Shown piece by piece: positions 49,801 to 59,671 of a DNA stretch of 64,000 nucleotides (position 1 is the first letter of the stretch; the number at the start of each line of letters is the position of its first letter). This stretch comes from Oceanispirochaeta sp. (GTDB lineage Bacteria; Spirochaetota; Spirochaetia; DSM-2461). Below the pieces are notes generated by a model, which was given only the letters and a program-made list of their open reading frames with translations, searched no databases and was not told where the DNA came from. Both the position numbers and the translations under genes were made by a program. The DNA is taken from positions 320,001-384,000 of the forward strand of contig CAXXXD010000001.1 in NCBI GenBank assembly GCA_963663385.2. Direction: 5' to 3'.

Positions 49801-50751
49801 ATGTCCACAATCGCAGGGAAAAAAACCCCTAAATTTTTATACCTCTTACAGAAAACTCGCAAAGACAGGTTCCTTTATCTGCTTATGCTGCCCGGGCTGC
49901 TGTATTTTCTGTTTTTTCGCTATCTCCCTCTGATGGGAACTCTGGTTGCATTCAAAGATGTCGCCCCTTTTGACAGTGCGGCTACCATCATTACCTCGAA
50001 ATGGGTGGGGTTGAAACACTTTAAAGCCTTCATTTCTTCTCACTATTTCTGGAATATTATGAAGAATACTTTCGCTCTTGCCGGATTGAGAATGATATTT
50101 GAATTCTTCTGCCCCGTTATTCTGGCACTGCTGATTAATGAAGTTCGGAATAAATATCTGAAAAAAACCATTCAGACCATATCTTATATGCCTTATTTTA
50201 TCTCCAACATTGTTCTGGCTGGAATTGTTTTTCAGCTGTTAACGATGAACAATGGAATTATCCCAGCTCTCGTCGAGAGCCTGGGGGGTAACTCGATCTA
50301 TTATCTGGGAGATTCCCGTTACTTCAGAACAGTTCTTGTTTCGGCTATAGTCTGGCGAAATATCGGCTGGGGTACCATTGTTTATCTGGCGGCCTTGTCC
50401 GGTATTGATCCCCAGCTCTATGAAGCTGCCAGAATTGACGGGGCCAACCGGTTTAAACAGACTCTCTACATAACTCTTCCCGGAATCTCATTTGCCATTG
50501 CCATCATGTTCATTCTCAGAATCAGCGTCATTCTCAATCAGGGGTGGGAGGAAACCCTTCTTCTCTATAATCCCGGTGTGTACAGCGTGGCGGATATCAT
50601 TGATACCTATGTCTGGAGGATGGGACTGGAACAGATGCGGTATTCCTTTGCGACAGCCGTTGGATTTTTTAAATCGATTCTGGCTTTGCTTCTTGTCGTC
50701 ATTTCCAATGCAACCGCCAGAAAATGCGGTCAGCAAAGCATGTATAAATAA
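49801..50751 (+). CDS. Carbohydrate ABC permease (LplB-like)
   Basis: WVGLKHF, YLAALSGIDPQLYEAARIDGA EAA loop. Confidence 0.92.
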   Translation: MSTIAGKKTPKFLYLLQKTRKDRFLYLLMLPGLLYFLFFRYLPLMGTLVAFKDVAPFDSAATIITSKWVGLKHFKAFISSHYFWNIMKNTFALAGLRMIFEFFCPVILALLINEVRNKYLKKTIQTISYMPYFISNIVLAGIVFQLLTMNNGIIPALVESLGGNSIYYLGDSRYFRTVLVSAIVWRNIGWGTIVYLAALSGIDPQLYEAARIDGANRFKQTLYITLPGISFAIAIMFILRISVILNQGWEETLLLYNPGVYSVADIIDTYVWRMGLEQMRYSFATAVGFFKSILALLLVVISNATARKCGQQSMYK

Positions 50752-50760
50752 GGATGAAAC

Positions 50761-51642
50761 ATGACTGAAAATTTCGAATCAAAAGGAGAAAAGGCATTTC
50801 GCTTTGCCAATGCCGTATTTCTCCTTATTATTACAGCATTCTTTTTATTGCCCTTTCTGATTACTCTGGCCGGATCTTTTATATCGGAGAGTGAATTCCT
50901 CAAGCGGGATGGGTTAATTCTGATTCCCAAGAACCCTGATATTTCCGCCTATCAAATGCTTCTGACCGAAGGAAGCGCTGTCTTTACAGCCTTTAGAATA
51001 ACCCTCTTCAGAACTATTATCGGAGGGTTCTTTCAGATAATGACAACGGCGGCCCTGGCGTATGGATTATCAAAAAGAAACCTGACGGGGAGGAAATTCC
51101 TGATTTCAGCTCTTATGATCTGTCTGGTTTTTCCGGTTCAGATTATCCCCCAGTACCTTGTTGTAAAAAACTTCGGCCTCATTGATTCTGTATGGTCTCT
51201 GGTTTTTCCCTGGCTGATCAATACACAATATGTTTTTATCATGATGGCTTTCTTCCAGCAGATTCCCGAGTCCCTGGAAGAAGCTGCGGTTATAGACGGA
51301 TGCAGCCATCTGACAATATTCATTAAGATTATACTGCCCCTCAGTCTGGCCTCGATTGCAACAATTGGCCTCTTCTACGCGGTCTGGCAGTGGAACTCCT
51401 GGTATGATGCGGCTATGTTTATCAATGATTCGGAAAAATTTCCCGTACAGAATTTACTGAGGACAATACTGGTTTCGTCAACGATGGATTCCGTACTGAC
51501 GGAAAACAATACCAATCCGCCCCCCTCTGAGAGCATCAAGGGGGCAATCATTGTTATTACCTCTCTCCCCATACTCTGTGTGTACCCTTTTGTCCAGAAA
51601 TACTTTGTCAAAGGGTTTATGGTCGGTTCGGTAAAGGGATAG
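50761..51642 (+). CDS. Carbohydrate ABC permease (LplC-like)
   Basis: IPESLEEAAVIDG, WNSW, YPFVQKYFVKG..GSVKG. Confidence 0.92.
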   Translation: MTENFESKGEKAFRFANAVFLLIITAFFLLPFLITLAGSFISESEFLKRDGLILIPKNPDISAYQMLLTEGSAVFTAFRITLFRTIIGGFFQIMTTAALAYGLSKRNLTGRKFLISALMICLVFPVQIIPQYLVVKNFGLIDSVWSLVFPWLINTQYVFIMMAFFQQIPESLEEAAVIDGCSHLTIFIKIILPLSLASIATIGLFYAVWQWNSWYDAAMFINDSEKFPVQNLLRTILVSSTMDSVLTENNTNPPPSESIKGAIIVITSLPILCVYPFVQKYFVKGFMVGSVKG

Positions 51643-51655
51643 ATATAATTATTAT

Positions 51656-51681
51656 GACGATCTTTTCGGAGATCGTTTTTT
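51656..51681 (+). terminator. Intrinsic terminator
   Basis: GACGATCTT-TTCG-GAGATCGTT followed by a T-run. Confidence 0.65.
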
Positions 51682-51686
51682 AAACA

Positions 51687-52133
51687 TCATTCAATCCGTT
51701 CAAGATAATCCAGAAGCTCCTCCTGGGAGTCCAACACTTTATCCATAGGAGAACTGAGCATGGGATTCAACCTGGAATCAAGGAATGAAGCCCGCATGTC
51801 AGAATGCAGTCCTATTATATGAATGTTCTTCTCCTTCAGGAATTTATACGTATAGGCCATACCGAGAGCGACACTGGCGCCCTCATCGGGAACCCGCCCA
51901 TCCAGAACAAACAGAAAAATATCCGTTTTAAAAATTCTGTCCCTGTCCATCAGGAAGATTTTTCTGTTTTTATCACTGATGTCCTGATTTTTCTGCAAGG
52001 GAGAATCCTCGATGATTCCATCCCTTTGAGGAAGAAAAACCTCATATCCGAGGGCTTCAATTTTTTGTGCCAGTTTTGCATTGAAGTTTCTTTCAGATTC
52101 ACTGAATAGAGGGGCTGCGAAGTATAGTTTCAT
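51687..52133 (-). CDS. Nucleoside 2-deoxyribosyltransferase-family protein
   Basis: MKLYFAAPLFS, EVFLPQ, D..GRVPDEG...LGMAY, NPML; ATG 52133 with AAGGAG RBS. Confidence 0.8.
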   Translation of the reverse strand: MKLYFAAPLFSESERNFNAKLAQKIEALGYEVFLPQRDGIIEDSPLQKNQDISDKNRKIFLMDRDRIFKTDIFLFVLDGRVPDEGASVALGMAYTYKFLKEKNIHIIGLHSDMRASFLDSRLNPMLSSPMDKVLDSQEELLDYLERIE

Positions 52134-52193
52134 GAAAACTCCTTTGGAACTACCGCTTTCCATCCTGTGTTTTTTTCTCATCTCTCTTATTAG

Positions 52194-52270
52194 ATAATTC
52201 TTAAGAGAAATCATCCGAACCCACAGTTCTGAATTATTCTAACTTATAATCCGGCAATATTGACAAAATA
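52194..52270 (+). repeat. Right copy of the diverged direct repeat, includes the tRNA -35 box
   Basis: Same two exact blocks as 39582-39658 at nearly identical spacing (40 vs 39 bp). Confidence 0.7.
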
Positions 52271-52288
52271 AAAAGGGCTACCTATACT
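52260..52288 (+). promoter_or_regulatory. Sigma70 promoter of tRNA-Leu
   Basis: TTGACA(52260-65)-17 bp-TATACT(52283-88). Confidence 0.85.
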
Positions 52289-52300
52289 AAGTCCACGTCT

Positions 52301-52384
52301 GCCTGGATGGTGAAATTGGTAGACACGCTAGTTTCAGGGACTAGTGCTCGCAAGGGCGTGGAGGTTCGAGTCCTCTTCCAGGCA
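52301..52384 (+). tRNA. tRNA-Leu (anticodon CAG), CCA not encoded
   Basis: GCCTGGA/TCCAGGC acceptor stem, CTAGT-TTCAGGG-ACTAG anticodon arm, long variable arm, GGTTCGAGTCC T arm. Confidence 0.95.
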
Positions 52385-52385
52385 T

Positions 52386-52425
52386 AAAAAGACCCGGTTA
52401 CCGAAAGGTGACCGGGTCTTTTTTT
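52386..52425. terminator. Bidirectional intrinsic terminator
   Basis: AAAAAGACCCGGTTACC-GAAA-GGTGACCGGGTCTTTTTTT. Confidence 0.88.
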
Positions 52426-52457
52426 GTTTCAATGATAAAGGTCTCGATTGATTATCA

Positions 52458-54488
52458 TCAAACCTCCAAAACCAGGCACATAGTCGTTTTAGCCGGAAAT
52501 CCTCCGTTCACCCTGTAGGAGTTCTTCCCCAGCCCTTCCAGCAGGAGGGACTCGGCCTCGCCGTTTATTCTGGAAATACGGGATGCTTTCTCTGTATGAA
52601 ACGGCAGACTCAAATCAACGGATTCATAATCGTCGGAGCCGAAGTTGGACAGCAGCATAATCTGTCTGCCTCCCCGGTCAAAGTGGTTAACTGTAGTATA
52701 AGGCAGGTTTTTAACCATTACCGGAAACCGGTCCATTGATTCCAGAAGCAGGGATTGGAGAATCTCCTGCCTAACCGGATGAAGGAATGATAGATAGTCT
52801 TCCCGGAATCTCCCGAAGGGGAAAATTATAAGGTTATTATACCTGACGACTCCCTGACCGACAGGCTCTCCCTGGGGGGAGTGAAGCTTCGTTAAAGCCT
52901 TGACATCCGTATTATAGGTAATATCCAGCCAGTCTCCGGACTCAAGAGTCTCCGACAGACCCTGAACGGACATCCGTGCCTCGGGTAATCCGTGATAAAC
53001 CTGTCCATTACAGACCTGTTCAAAGCTATGGTATCCCGAATTCAGGCAGTGCCATTCGATGGATTCAATGGGCAGCAGATGCCCCAGATCCATATCAATA
53101 AGGGTTGCAACAGCCTCGCCATCCAGCATTGCACGGTTGCTCTCAAGGAGGAAACGAACCTGCTGCTCAGTGAGATTACGGAAATACTGACCGCTGACAG
53201 CAATTGTTACACCGGTGATGGAGGGATCGGTACAGTAACAGTTGGCGATGCCGAAAGCTGATAAGTATTCGGCCCAGAAGGTTTCCCGGGGACGAAGCGC
53301 ATCGGGGGACTGGCCGCCGGAGGTTTTGAGGGTGTAGGATGACCGGGGATCGACCATAACCCTGACACCCTCTTCGTCACATCGCGCCAACTCCAGACGG
53401 TTAACACCGTCGAGATAGGGGCGGATTCGCTTAAGGTATGTCTCGTTTTTCTGCTCAAAAGCGATTCCGTTCCCGATCATATCGGAGATATTGATGCTGA
53501 TCCCTTCGCTGCACAGAGCCAGAGATGCCTCAATCTGGAAGGAAGCGAAACGGTGGGATTTGGAAAATGTCGTATGGGGAAAGTTATCCAGCTCCGGCCA
53601 TAGCTCGGTCTGACCGGGAAGGAAGGCGGCGGTGAGGCGGGAGTATCGCTGAAACTCCAGACAGTATTGCGACCCGGCGACCTCCCGGTACGCGGGCAGA
53701 TGGGGGCGGTTCAAATATCGGTGAGTCCCGGACAGGTTTGACAGAACCCGATCCCAATCCCGGCCTTCAACGCAGTGGGCCTGGGGAGCGCTGCTCATAA
53801 GGCCGATCCGGCTTTCCGGAGCAACAGAACGCACCGCATGGCCGATTTTCCGGCCGAAATCAGCCATTGTACAGCCCATCACATCGAGCCAGATCTTGCG
53901 GGAGGGATGGACCTCGCCGGGCTGCAGCATTTCCCGGATAAAGTCCTCTCTGGTTAAATCCCGTCCCGCCTCTTTGGAGAAAAGGTTCATATGTTTGTCG
54001 CAGAAGCACCCGCCCCATTCCAGGGGAGCATGATTATGGAGGCGGAAATCATCCTCCACCCAGATGGTATCGAATCCCATTTCGGCGTAACGGGCATAGA
54101 TTTTAGTCAGGTAGTCGGTAAAGTTTTCACACAGGGGACAGGCCACCGCATCCGCATCCCGGCCCTTATAGTCCCGCATGGTTGTAAAGGCCTGACCGGG
54201 TTTGAGCTTTCTTCCCCGATCGGTATGCAGGGTGGTTGTCCATGGATTCAATGAGAAGGAAATCCCCTCCCCCTTCAGCCGCTCCCTGAAGGATGCCAGC
54301 ATTTTCAGCCATGGTTCGGTCTCTTCAAACGTCAGATGCCCCTGATTCACCTCTTCCATGTTCATATGAAACTGAATATCGTTTATTCCTGCCTCCCGGC
54401 AGAATGCTAAAACTTCTTCAAACTTTTCCTGGCTGCGAAAGCCAGGACAGACACCTATCCGCAGACTGTAAACAAATTTTTTCATCAA
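52458..54488 (-). CDS. Uncharacterised glycoside-hydrolase-like protein
   Basis: 676 aa at the end of a sugar ABC operon; TIM-barrel-like N-half with WVEDDFRLHNH, ACPLC and GCFCDKH. Confidence 0.55.
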   Translation of the reverse strand: MMKKFVYSLRIGVCPGFRSQEKFEEVLAFCREAGINDIQFHMNMEEVNQGHLTFEETEPWLKMLASFRERLKGEGISFSLNPWTTTLHTDRGRKLKPGQAFTTMRDYKGRDADAVACPLCENFTDYLTKIYARYAEMGFDTIWVEDDFRLHNHAPLEWGGCFCDKHMNLFSKEAGRDLTREDFIREMLQPGEVHPSRKIWLDVMGCTMADFGRKIGHAVRSVAPESRIGLMSSAPQAHCVEGRDWDRVLSNLSGTHRYLNRPHLPAYREVAGSQYCLEFQRYSRLTAAFLPGQTELWPELDNFPHTTFSKSHRFASFQIEASLALCSEGISINISDMIGNGIAFEQKNETYLKRIRPYLDGVNRLELARCDEEGVRVMVDPRSSYTLKTSGGQSPDALRPRETFWAEYLSAFGIANCYCTDPSITGVTIAVSGQYFRNLTEQQVRFLLESNRAMLDGEAVATLIDMDLGHLLPIESIEWHCLNSGYHSFEQVCNGQVYHGLPEARMSVQGLSETLESGDWLDITYNTDVKALTKLHSPQGEPVGQGVVRYNNLIIFPFGRFREDYLSFLHPVRQEILQSLLLESMDRFPVMVKNLPYTTVNHFDRGGRQIMLLSNFGSDDYESVDLSLPFHTEKASRISRINGEAESLLLEGLGKNSYRVNGGFPAKTTMCLVLEV

Positions 54489-55334
54489 TTACCCCTTTAT
54501 TCCGCCCAGAGTGATTCCCGAAGTCAGTTTCTTCTGAACAAAGCCGTAGAAGATCATCGTCGGAAGCATTACAATCACAAGACCCGCAAACATAGCCCCC
54601 CAGTCGGTGGCATATTTCTGAATCTCCATCAGGTTTTTCAGCCCGACCGACAAGGTTCTTTTGCCCGGAGTGGTTAACAGAGTCAACGCCAGCATGTACT
54701 CATTCCAGAAAGTCATAAACCCGAAGAGGCTGACAGTAACCAGCCCGGGCCGCGCCATGGGAACGATGATTCTGTAGAGAATCAACATATGACCGCAGCC
54801 GTCGATACTGGCCGCATCTTCATAATCTTTTGGAATACCCTTCATAAACCCGGAGAGTAAGTAGACATTGAAGGGTATGGCCGTAGCGGCATAAACGAGG
54901 CAGAGCATGAGCCTGTTGTCCAGGGTGTTCAGGTTCTTCATCAGTATGAACAGGGGAACCACAATGTAGTTGGCATTGATGAACAGCCCCGCCAGGATCA
55001 GGAGATTGATCACTCTGGAACCGAAAAAGCGTTGCCGCCCCAGAGCATAAGAGGCGGGTATCACCAGAAAGAGCAGAATCGCCAGTGAAAGCAGGGTCAC
55101 TCCGATGGAGTTAATGAAGTACAGTCCCATATGGGCCTTCTGAACCGCATTGATGTAGTTCACAAACTGGGGTTCCGCCGGGAGAATCCAGGGGGACTGA
55201 AGGAATTCCGCACTTGTCTTGAAGGATGTGACGATGGCCCAGAGAATTGGCCCCGCCACCACAGTACTGATTACCAGCATAACAACTCGCAGCAGGTTCT
55301 CTTTGAATATGCGATTCAATTTTCCTGTATTCAT
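54489..55334 (-). CDS. Carbohydrate ABC permease
   Basis: IPKDYEDAASIDG, FWNEY, GGIKG. Confidence 0.92.
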   Translation of the reverse strand: MNTGKLNRIFKENLLRVVMLVISTVVAGPILWAIVTSFKTSAEFLQSPWILPAEPQFVNYINAVQKAHMGLYFINSIGVTLLSLAILLFLVIPASYALGRQRFFGSRVINLLILAGLFINANYIVVPLFILMKNLNTLDNRLMLCLVYAATAIPFNVYLLSGFMKGIPKDYEDAASIDGCGHMLILYRIIVPMARPGLVTVSLFGFMTFWNEYMLALTLLTTPGKRTLSVGLKNLMEIQKYATDWGAMFAGLVIVMLPTMIFYGFVQKKLTSGITLGGIKG

Positions 55335-55335
55335 A

Positions 55336-56253
55336 TCAGTTCTCCTTTTTACCGGTCAGAATGTTGACAATAACAGCCAGTACCAGGGAGAAGAGAAAAA
55401 TAAAGACAGCCACAGCCATGGAGTACCCGAAGTTTGCATTGGTAAATGCCTGCCGGTACATGTAGGAGAGAAGCACCTCACTGCTGTAGTTCTGGCTTGT
55501 ATTGGTCATTACGCTGACCACCAGAAAACTCGTAGACAGGGTGGAGGCGATGAAAAAGACAAGGGTTACCCGGATGATCTCCCATGTCAGGGGAACCGTA
55601 ATGGCAAAGAACTGTCTGAGCTTTGAGGCTCCGGCTATATCGGCTGCCTCGTAGACATCCTTTGGAATAGTATCCATCCCGGCAATATACATAACCATGT
55701 AGTAACCGAAAGCCTGCCAGATCATGGCCGCCGCAATGGCCCATAGCACAGTTTCGGACTCGCCCAGCCAGGCCCGGCACCAGGAATCCAGCCCCGCAGC
55801 CTTAAGCAGATTATTCAGAATACCCGTATTGGGGGCAAAGATATTCTTGAAGAGGGTGCCGATTACAACAAATGACAGCACATTGGGAAAAAAGAAAAGG
55901 GTTCTGTATAAACTTCGCTCCTTCAGTTTCGTCTTGCTCAATGTATAGGCAAGAAAGAGCGCCAGAACCATTGTGATACCGGTTACGACCACCATGAGAA
56001 AAATGGTATTGCGAAAGGCCAGCCAGAAAACCTGATCCTCCATCAGCCTCACAAAGTTCTCAATCCCTGCAAATCGTTTATGGGGAGACAGACCGCTCCA
56101 GTGGAATACGGAATTTCCAAAAACATTAAGGGTCGGGTATATCATAAAGATGAGATACAGAATCAGGGAGGGCAGAATGCAGTAGGCCAGGAATCCCCGG
56201 CGGCGCCACTCACCCCGGGTCCGGGTGTTGAATAGACTATTCAGAGTTTTCAC
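55336..56253 (-). CDS. Carbohydrate ABC permease
   Basis: FAGIENF, IPKDVYEAADIAGA, FGYSMA. Confidence 0.92.
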   Translation of the reverse strand: MKTLNSLFNTRTRGEWRRRGFLAYCILPSLILYLIFMIYPTLNVFGNSVFHWSGLSPHKRFAGIENFVRLMEDQVFWLAFRNTIFLMVVVTGITMVLALFLAYTLSKTKLKERSLYRTLFFFPNVLSFVVIGTLFKNIFAPNTGILNNLLKAAGLDSWCRAWLGESETVLWAIAAAMIWQAFGYYMVMYIAGMDTIPKDVYEAADIAGASKLRQFFAITVPLTWEIIRVTLVFFIASTLSTSFLVVSVMTNTSQNYSSEVLLSYMYRQAFTNANFGYSMAVAVFIFLFSLVLAVIVNILTGKKEN

Positions 56254-56323
56254 GATAATACAACCTTTGGGATATGAAAGGGACAGGATGAAAGATCCCT
56301 GCCCCTTTTAAGATAGGATAGGT

Positions 56324-57637
56324 TTATTTGACCAGGTGATCCTTAACCTGGGCACTCACTTCTTCGGTGTGGGCTATCCATTGTTCAACAGAGATTCTGC
56401 CGGACATAATGCCGCCGAGCTGATTGAAGAACTCATCCCGGGGAACCAGTGACGTATCAACAACCACGCCGAAGGGCTGTCCCAGCAGAGGCTGATACCC
56501 CTTGGTGAAGATCTGATAGGATTCGTAAGTAGCCGGAGAGACAGAGTTTTTCAGATACTCTACAGCACCTTTAATCGGGGGAACCCCTTTGGCCAGTTCG
56601 GCATTGAGCTTGATCGCCTCATCGGTGTACTGAAAGGCCAGGAATTTTTTAGCCATGTCTATGTTTTTAGCCGCCGCAGGGATGTAGATCTCTTCCAGAG
56701 AGGAGTATACGTACTTGTCATCCCGGGCATTCATAACAGGGGGAGCACAGAATCCGAATTCAAATCCATCTTCCCGGGGGGCGTCAGCCATTTCCCCTTC
56801 CACCCAGGCGCCGTTGGGATGAAGCAGGGCGTTACCCAACAGCCACTGGCTCTGGGCCTGCGTGTGGTCCAGGGCAACGGTGCCTTCCATCAGGTAACCA
56901 TCTGTCCCTATGCGGGCGATATTTTCCAGGACCTTCTGAATGTCATCATTTGTCCAGGCACCGGCTTCATAATCGGCACAGGCGGTAAAGCCGGCGGGTC
57001 CGGTGGCAGCAGCGATGGCAGGATAAATCAGACTCTCGTTATAGGAAGGATAGATCCCCTGATAAGTGTAGAGAGAACGGCCCAGCTGTATGGCTTTTTC
57101 TCCGAGGAGAAAAAAGTCATCCCAGGTTACAGGAGGTGTCAGATTATTCTCATCGAAGAAGTTCCTGTTGTACCAGAGTCCCATGGCTGAGTAGTACATG
57201 GGAGCCAGATAAACCCGACCGTCTCCATAAGGCTGGCAGGCAGGGTTATTGATGAATCCGGGGAGGAACCGGTCACTGATGGATTCGATAACATCACTGA
57301 TATCCGTTAAGGCCCGGTCTTTGATCAGAGCCTGGGCGACACCGGAACTGTTGCTGGTTGCCATGTAGATAAAATCCGGGGGATTGCCCGCCAGGATGTT
57401 GGGTCGGATAATATCTCCGATTTCAGGATTGGCGGTGACATTAACGGTTACACCGGGATTTGCCTTTTCGAAAGCCTCCGCAACGGCATCCCAATAGGCC
57501 CGTCCATAGCCCCCTTCAAATACAGCGATTTCCAGAACCGTCCCTTCGGACTGTCCGTCCCGCTCTTCCTGGGTTCCGCCGGCGAACAGCATGGAGGCTG
57601 CCATGACGAAGGACAACAACAAGGTTAATCTTTTCAT
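56324..57637 (-). CDS. Carbohydrate ABC solute-binding protein
   Basis: MKRL...FAGGTQE signal, FEGGYG, GNPPD, PVTWDDF, NGAWVEGEM. Confidence 0.9.
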   Translation of the reverse strand: MKRLTLLLSFVMAASMLFAGGTQEERDGQSEGTVLEIAVFEGGYGRAYWDAVAEAFEKANPGVTVNVTANPEIGDIIRPNILAGNPPDFIYMATSNSSGVAQALIKDRALTDISDVIESISDRFLPGFINNPACQPYGDGRVYLAPMYYSAMGLWYNRNFFDENNLTPPVTWDDFFLLGEKAIQLGRSLYTYQGIYPSYNESLIYPAIAAATGPAGFTACADYEAGAWTNDDIQKVLENIARIGTDGYLMEGTVALDHTQAQSQWLLGNALLHPNGAWVEGEMADAPREDGFEFGFCAPPVMNARDDKYVYSSLEEIYIPAAAKNIDMAKKFLAFQYTDEAIKLNAELAKGVPPIKGAVEYLKNSVSPATYESYQIFTKGYQPLLGQPFGVVVDTSLVPRDEFFNQLGGIMSGRISVEQWIAHTEEVSAQVKDHLVK

Positions 57638-57898
57638 TTCTACTTTTCTCCTTTTTTTGTTTCCGTTGCACGGATTACCAGTATTATCCGGGCCATCCTG
57701 TTATTTGAAAATCAACAAATCGAAGGAATCCCTTCACATTTTCGGCAATTAATGCTCCTGCTTACACTATTCATCCTATTTCTTATCCTATCCTGTCCAG
57801 AGGGAAATTATTACCCGGGAATGGTGATTATACCCCTTGCGCCGCCCGATGAAGGATGTATACTGACGGGTATTATTCCGTTTTTCCTGCAGGGACAG

Positions 57899-59671
57899 AT
57901 GATGAAACCGAAGATTCGCCGCTATATCCGCAGAATACCCATCTCAAAAAGAGTTGTGCTCCTGGTATTTCTGGGCAGTATCGTTCCTATTATCCTGGCT
58001 AATCTATTTGCCTATTCCCAATCCCGCTCTGCCGTTGTGAATACCGCTATGGAATACAACGTGCAAATGATGGATCTGATCAGACAGAACCTGAGGCTGA
58101 GCTGCGATAAAGGTCGGAATCTGGTGGATGAGATACTGGTGGATCCCATAATCAAAACAGCTTTAAGAGAGTTCAAATCCCTTGAGGACAGTGACAAAAA
58201 TGTGATGATCCGGAACATCGCCAAAGGGATCAAACAAAATGTAAATATGCTGGAATATGTCCAGGACATCCGGTTGATGACACCGGACAACACCCAGATC
58301 TATACCTTTTCCCATCGTTATACCCGGCAGGAAATCCTGGATGCCAATTTTAATATGATTCGAAACAGCAATGAGAATGAACTCTGGCAGATTTCCAACA
58401 GAAAGGGGCGTCCGGTTATTAACCTATCCCGCAAAATCATCCATCTGGGTACACTGGAAGCTCAGGGATATCTGCTGCTGACCATCGATATGACCCTGAT
58501 CAATAATCCCAAATTCAGATTCACCGGATATGATCGATTGAAGTTGATGCTGATAGACTCTTACGGCAACACCTATCATTTCGGAGAAGAGGAGGAACCG
58601 GGAATCAGTCAGGATGTGATCGACACACTCACATCAATGGAACAGAACAGTAATATCGCCAGATTCACCGGAGACAGGGAGAACTTTATAACCTCATTCC
58701 GGGATCCCGAACTGGACTGGACGGTTGTCTCTTATATTCCCTACGCGGAGTTGAATTTTTCCACCAAACACATTCTGTGGACGACGATCCTGATGGCCGC
58801 CCTTCTTCTGGCAATCTGCCTGGGAATCTCCCATATAATCATTCGCAGCATCACATTTCCGCTGAATGCCCTGGTCAACTCGGTAAACAGGGCGTCCACA
58901 GTGAAATTCGAAACCCCCCTTGTGGATGAAGCGAATGATGAACTGGGATATATGGCCAAGGCCTATAATGAGGTTGTTCTGGAGGTGAAAGACCTGATCA
59001 GCCAGGTTGAAGGTGAGCAGAAGGCCAAGCGAAAGGCTGAGGTAAAAATGCTACAGGCTCAAATTAATCCCCACTTTCTGTTCAACACCCTGGACAGCCT
59101 CAGGTTTGCCGCTGCCATGAGCAATGCCCATTCGGTAAGCAACGGATTATCCGCTCTATCCCATCTTCTCAGAAACTCCATTGTCAGCAGTGAACCGATA
59201 ATCTCACTGGATCAGGAAATAAAAAACATACGAGATTACCTGACCATTCAAACCATCCGATACGGGAACTGCATCGACTTTACTGTTGACAGGGATAGAC
59301 AGTCAGGCAATGCCAGGATCATGAAACTCCTGCTGCAGCCGATTGTTGAAAATTCCATAATTCATGGTTTGAAAAACGATGATGAAAGTGAAATAGAAAT
59401 CAGACTTTCTGCAGAAGTAAAGGAAGGAATGACCTGTATCACCATAACCGATGACGGGATAGGGTTTGATCCCCTGGAGAAAATTGACAGTGTGACGAAT
59501 CGGTTCAAGTCGAGTAAATTATCGGGGATCGGTCTGGAAAATGTGAAGGAGCGGCTGAAGCTGCAGTACGGGTCATCCCAAAGCTTCACCTTAGAGAGCA
59601 GCCCGGGCGGAGGCACCACAGTACGAATAGCCTATACCTGGGAGTTGGCAGAAGGAGCGGATAGTGTATAA
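57899..59671 (+). CDS. YesM/LytS-type sensor histidine kinase
   Basis: TM-sensor-TM-HAMP, LQAQINPHFLFNTL, LQPIVENSIIHG, DDGIG, GIGLENV; ATG 57899 preferred. Confidence 0.92.
   Translation: MMKPKIRRYIRRIPISKRVVLLVFLGSIVPIILANLFAYSQSRSAVVNTAMEYNVQMMDLIRQNLRLSCDKGRNLVDEILVDPIIKTALREFKSLEDSDKNVMIRNIAKGIKQNVNMLEYVQDIRLMTPDNTQIYTFSHRYTRQEILDANFNMIRNSNENELWQISNRKGRPVINLSRKIIHLGTLEAQGYLLLTIDMTLINNPKFRFTGYDRLKLMLIDSYGNTYHFGEEEEPGISQDVIDTLTSMEQNSNIARFTGDRENFITSFRDPELDWTVVSYIPYAELNFSTKHILWTTILMAALLLAICLGISHIIIRSITFPLNALVNSVNRASTVKFETPLVDEANDELGYMAKAYNEVVLEVKDLISQVEGEQKAKRKAEVKMLQAQINPHFLFNTLDSLRFAAAMSNAHSVSNGLSALSHLLRNSIVSSEPIISLDQEIKNIRDYLTIQTIRYGNCIDFTVDRDRQSGNARIMKLLLQPIVENSIIHGLKNDDESEIEIRLSAEVKEGMTCITITDDGIGFDPLEKIDSVTNRFKSSKLSGIGLENVKERLKLQYGSSQSFTLESSPGGGTTVRIAYTWELAEGADSV

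Noticed and set aside
52301..52384. tRNA-Leu as a prophage or ICE attachment site
   Set aside because: No integrase and no duplicated tRNA 3' end seen in the window
48205..57637. Both sugar ABC clusters lack an ATPase gene
   Set aside because: Common for CUT1 transporters that share an ATPase encoded elsewhere
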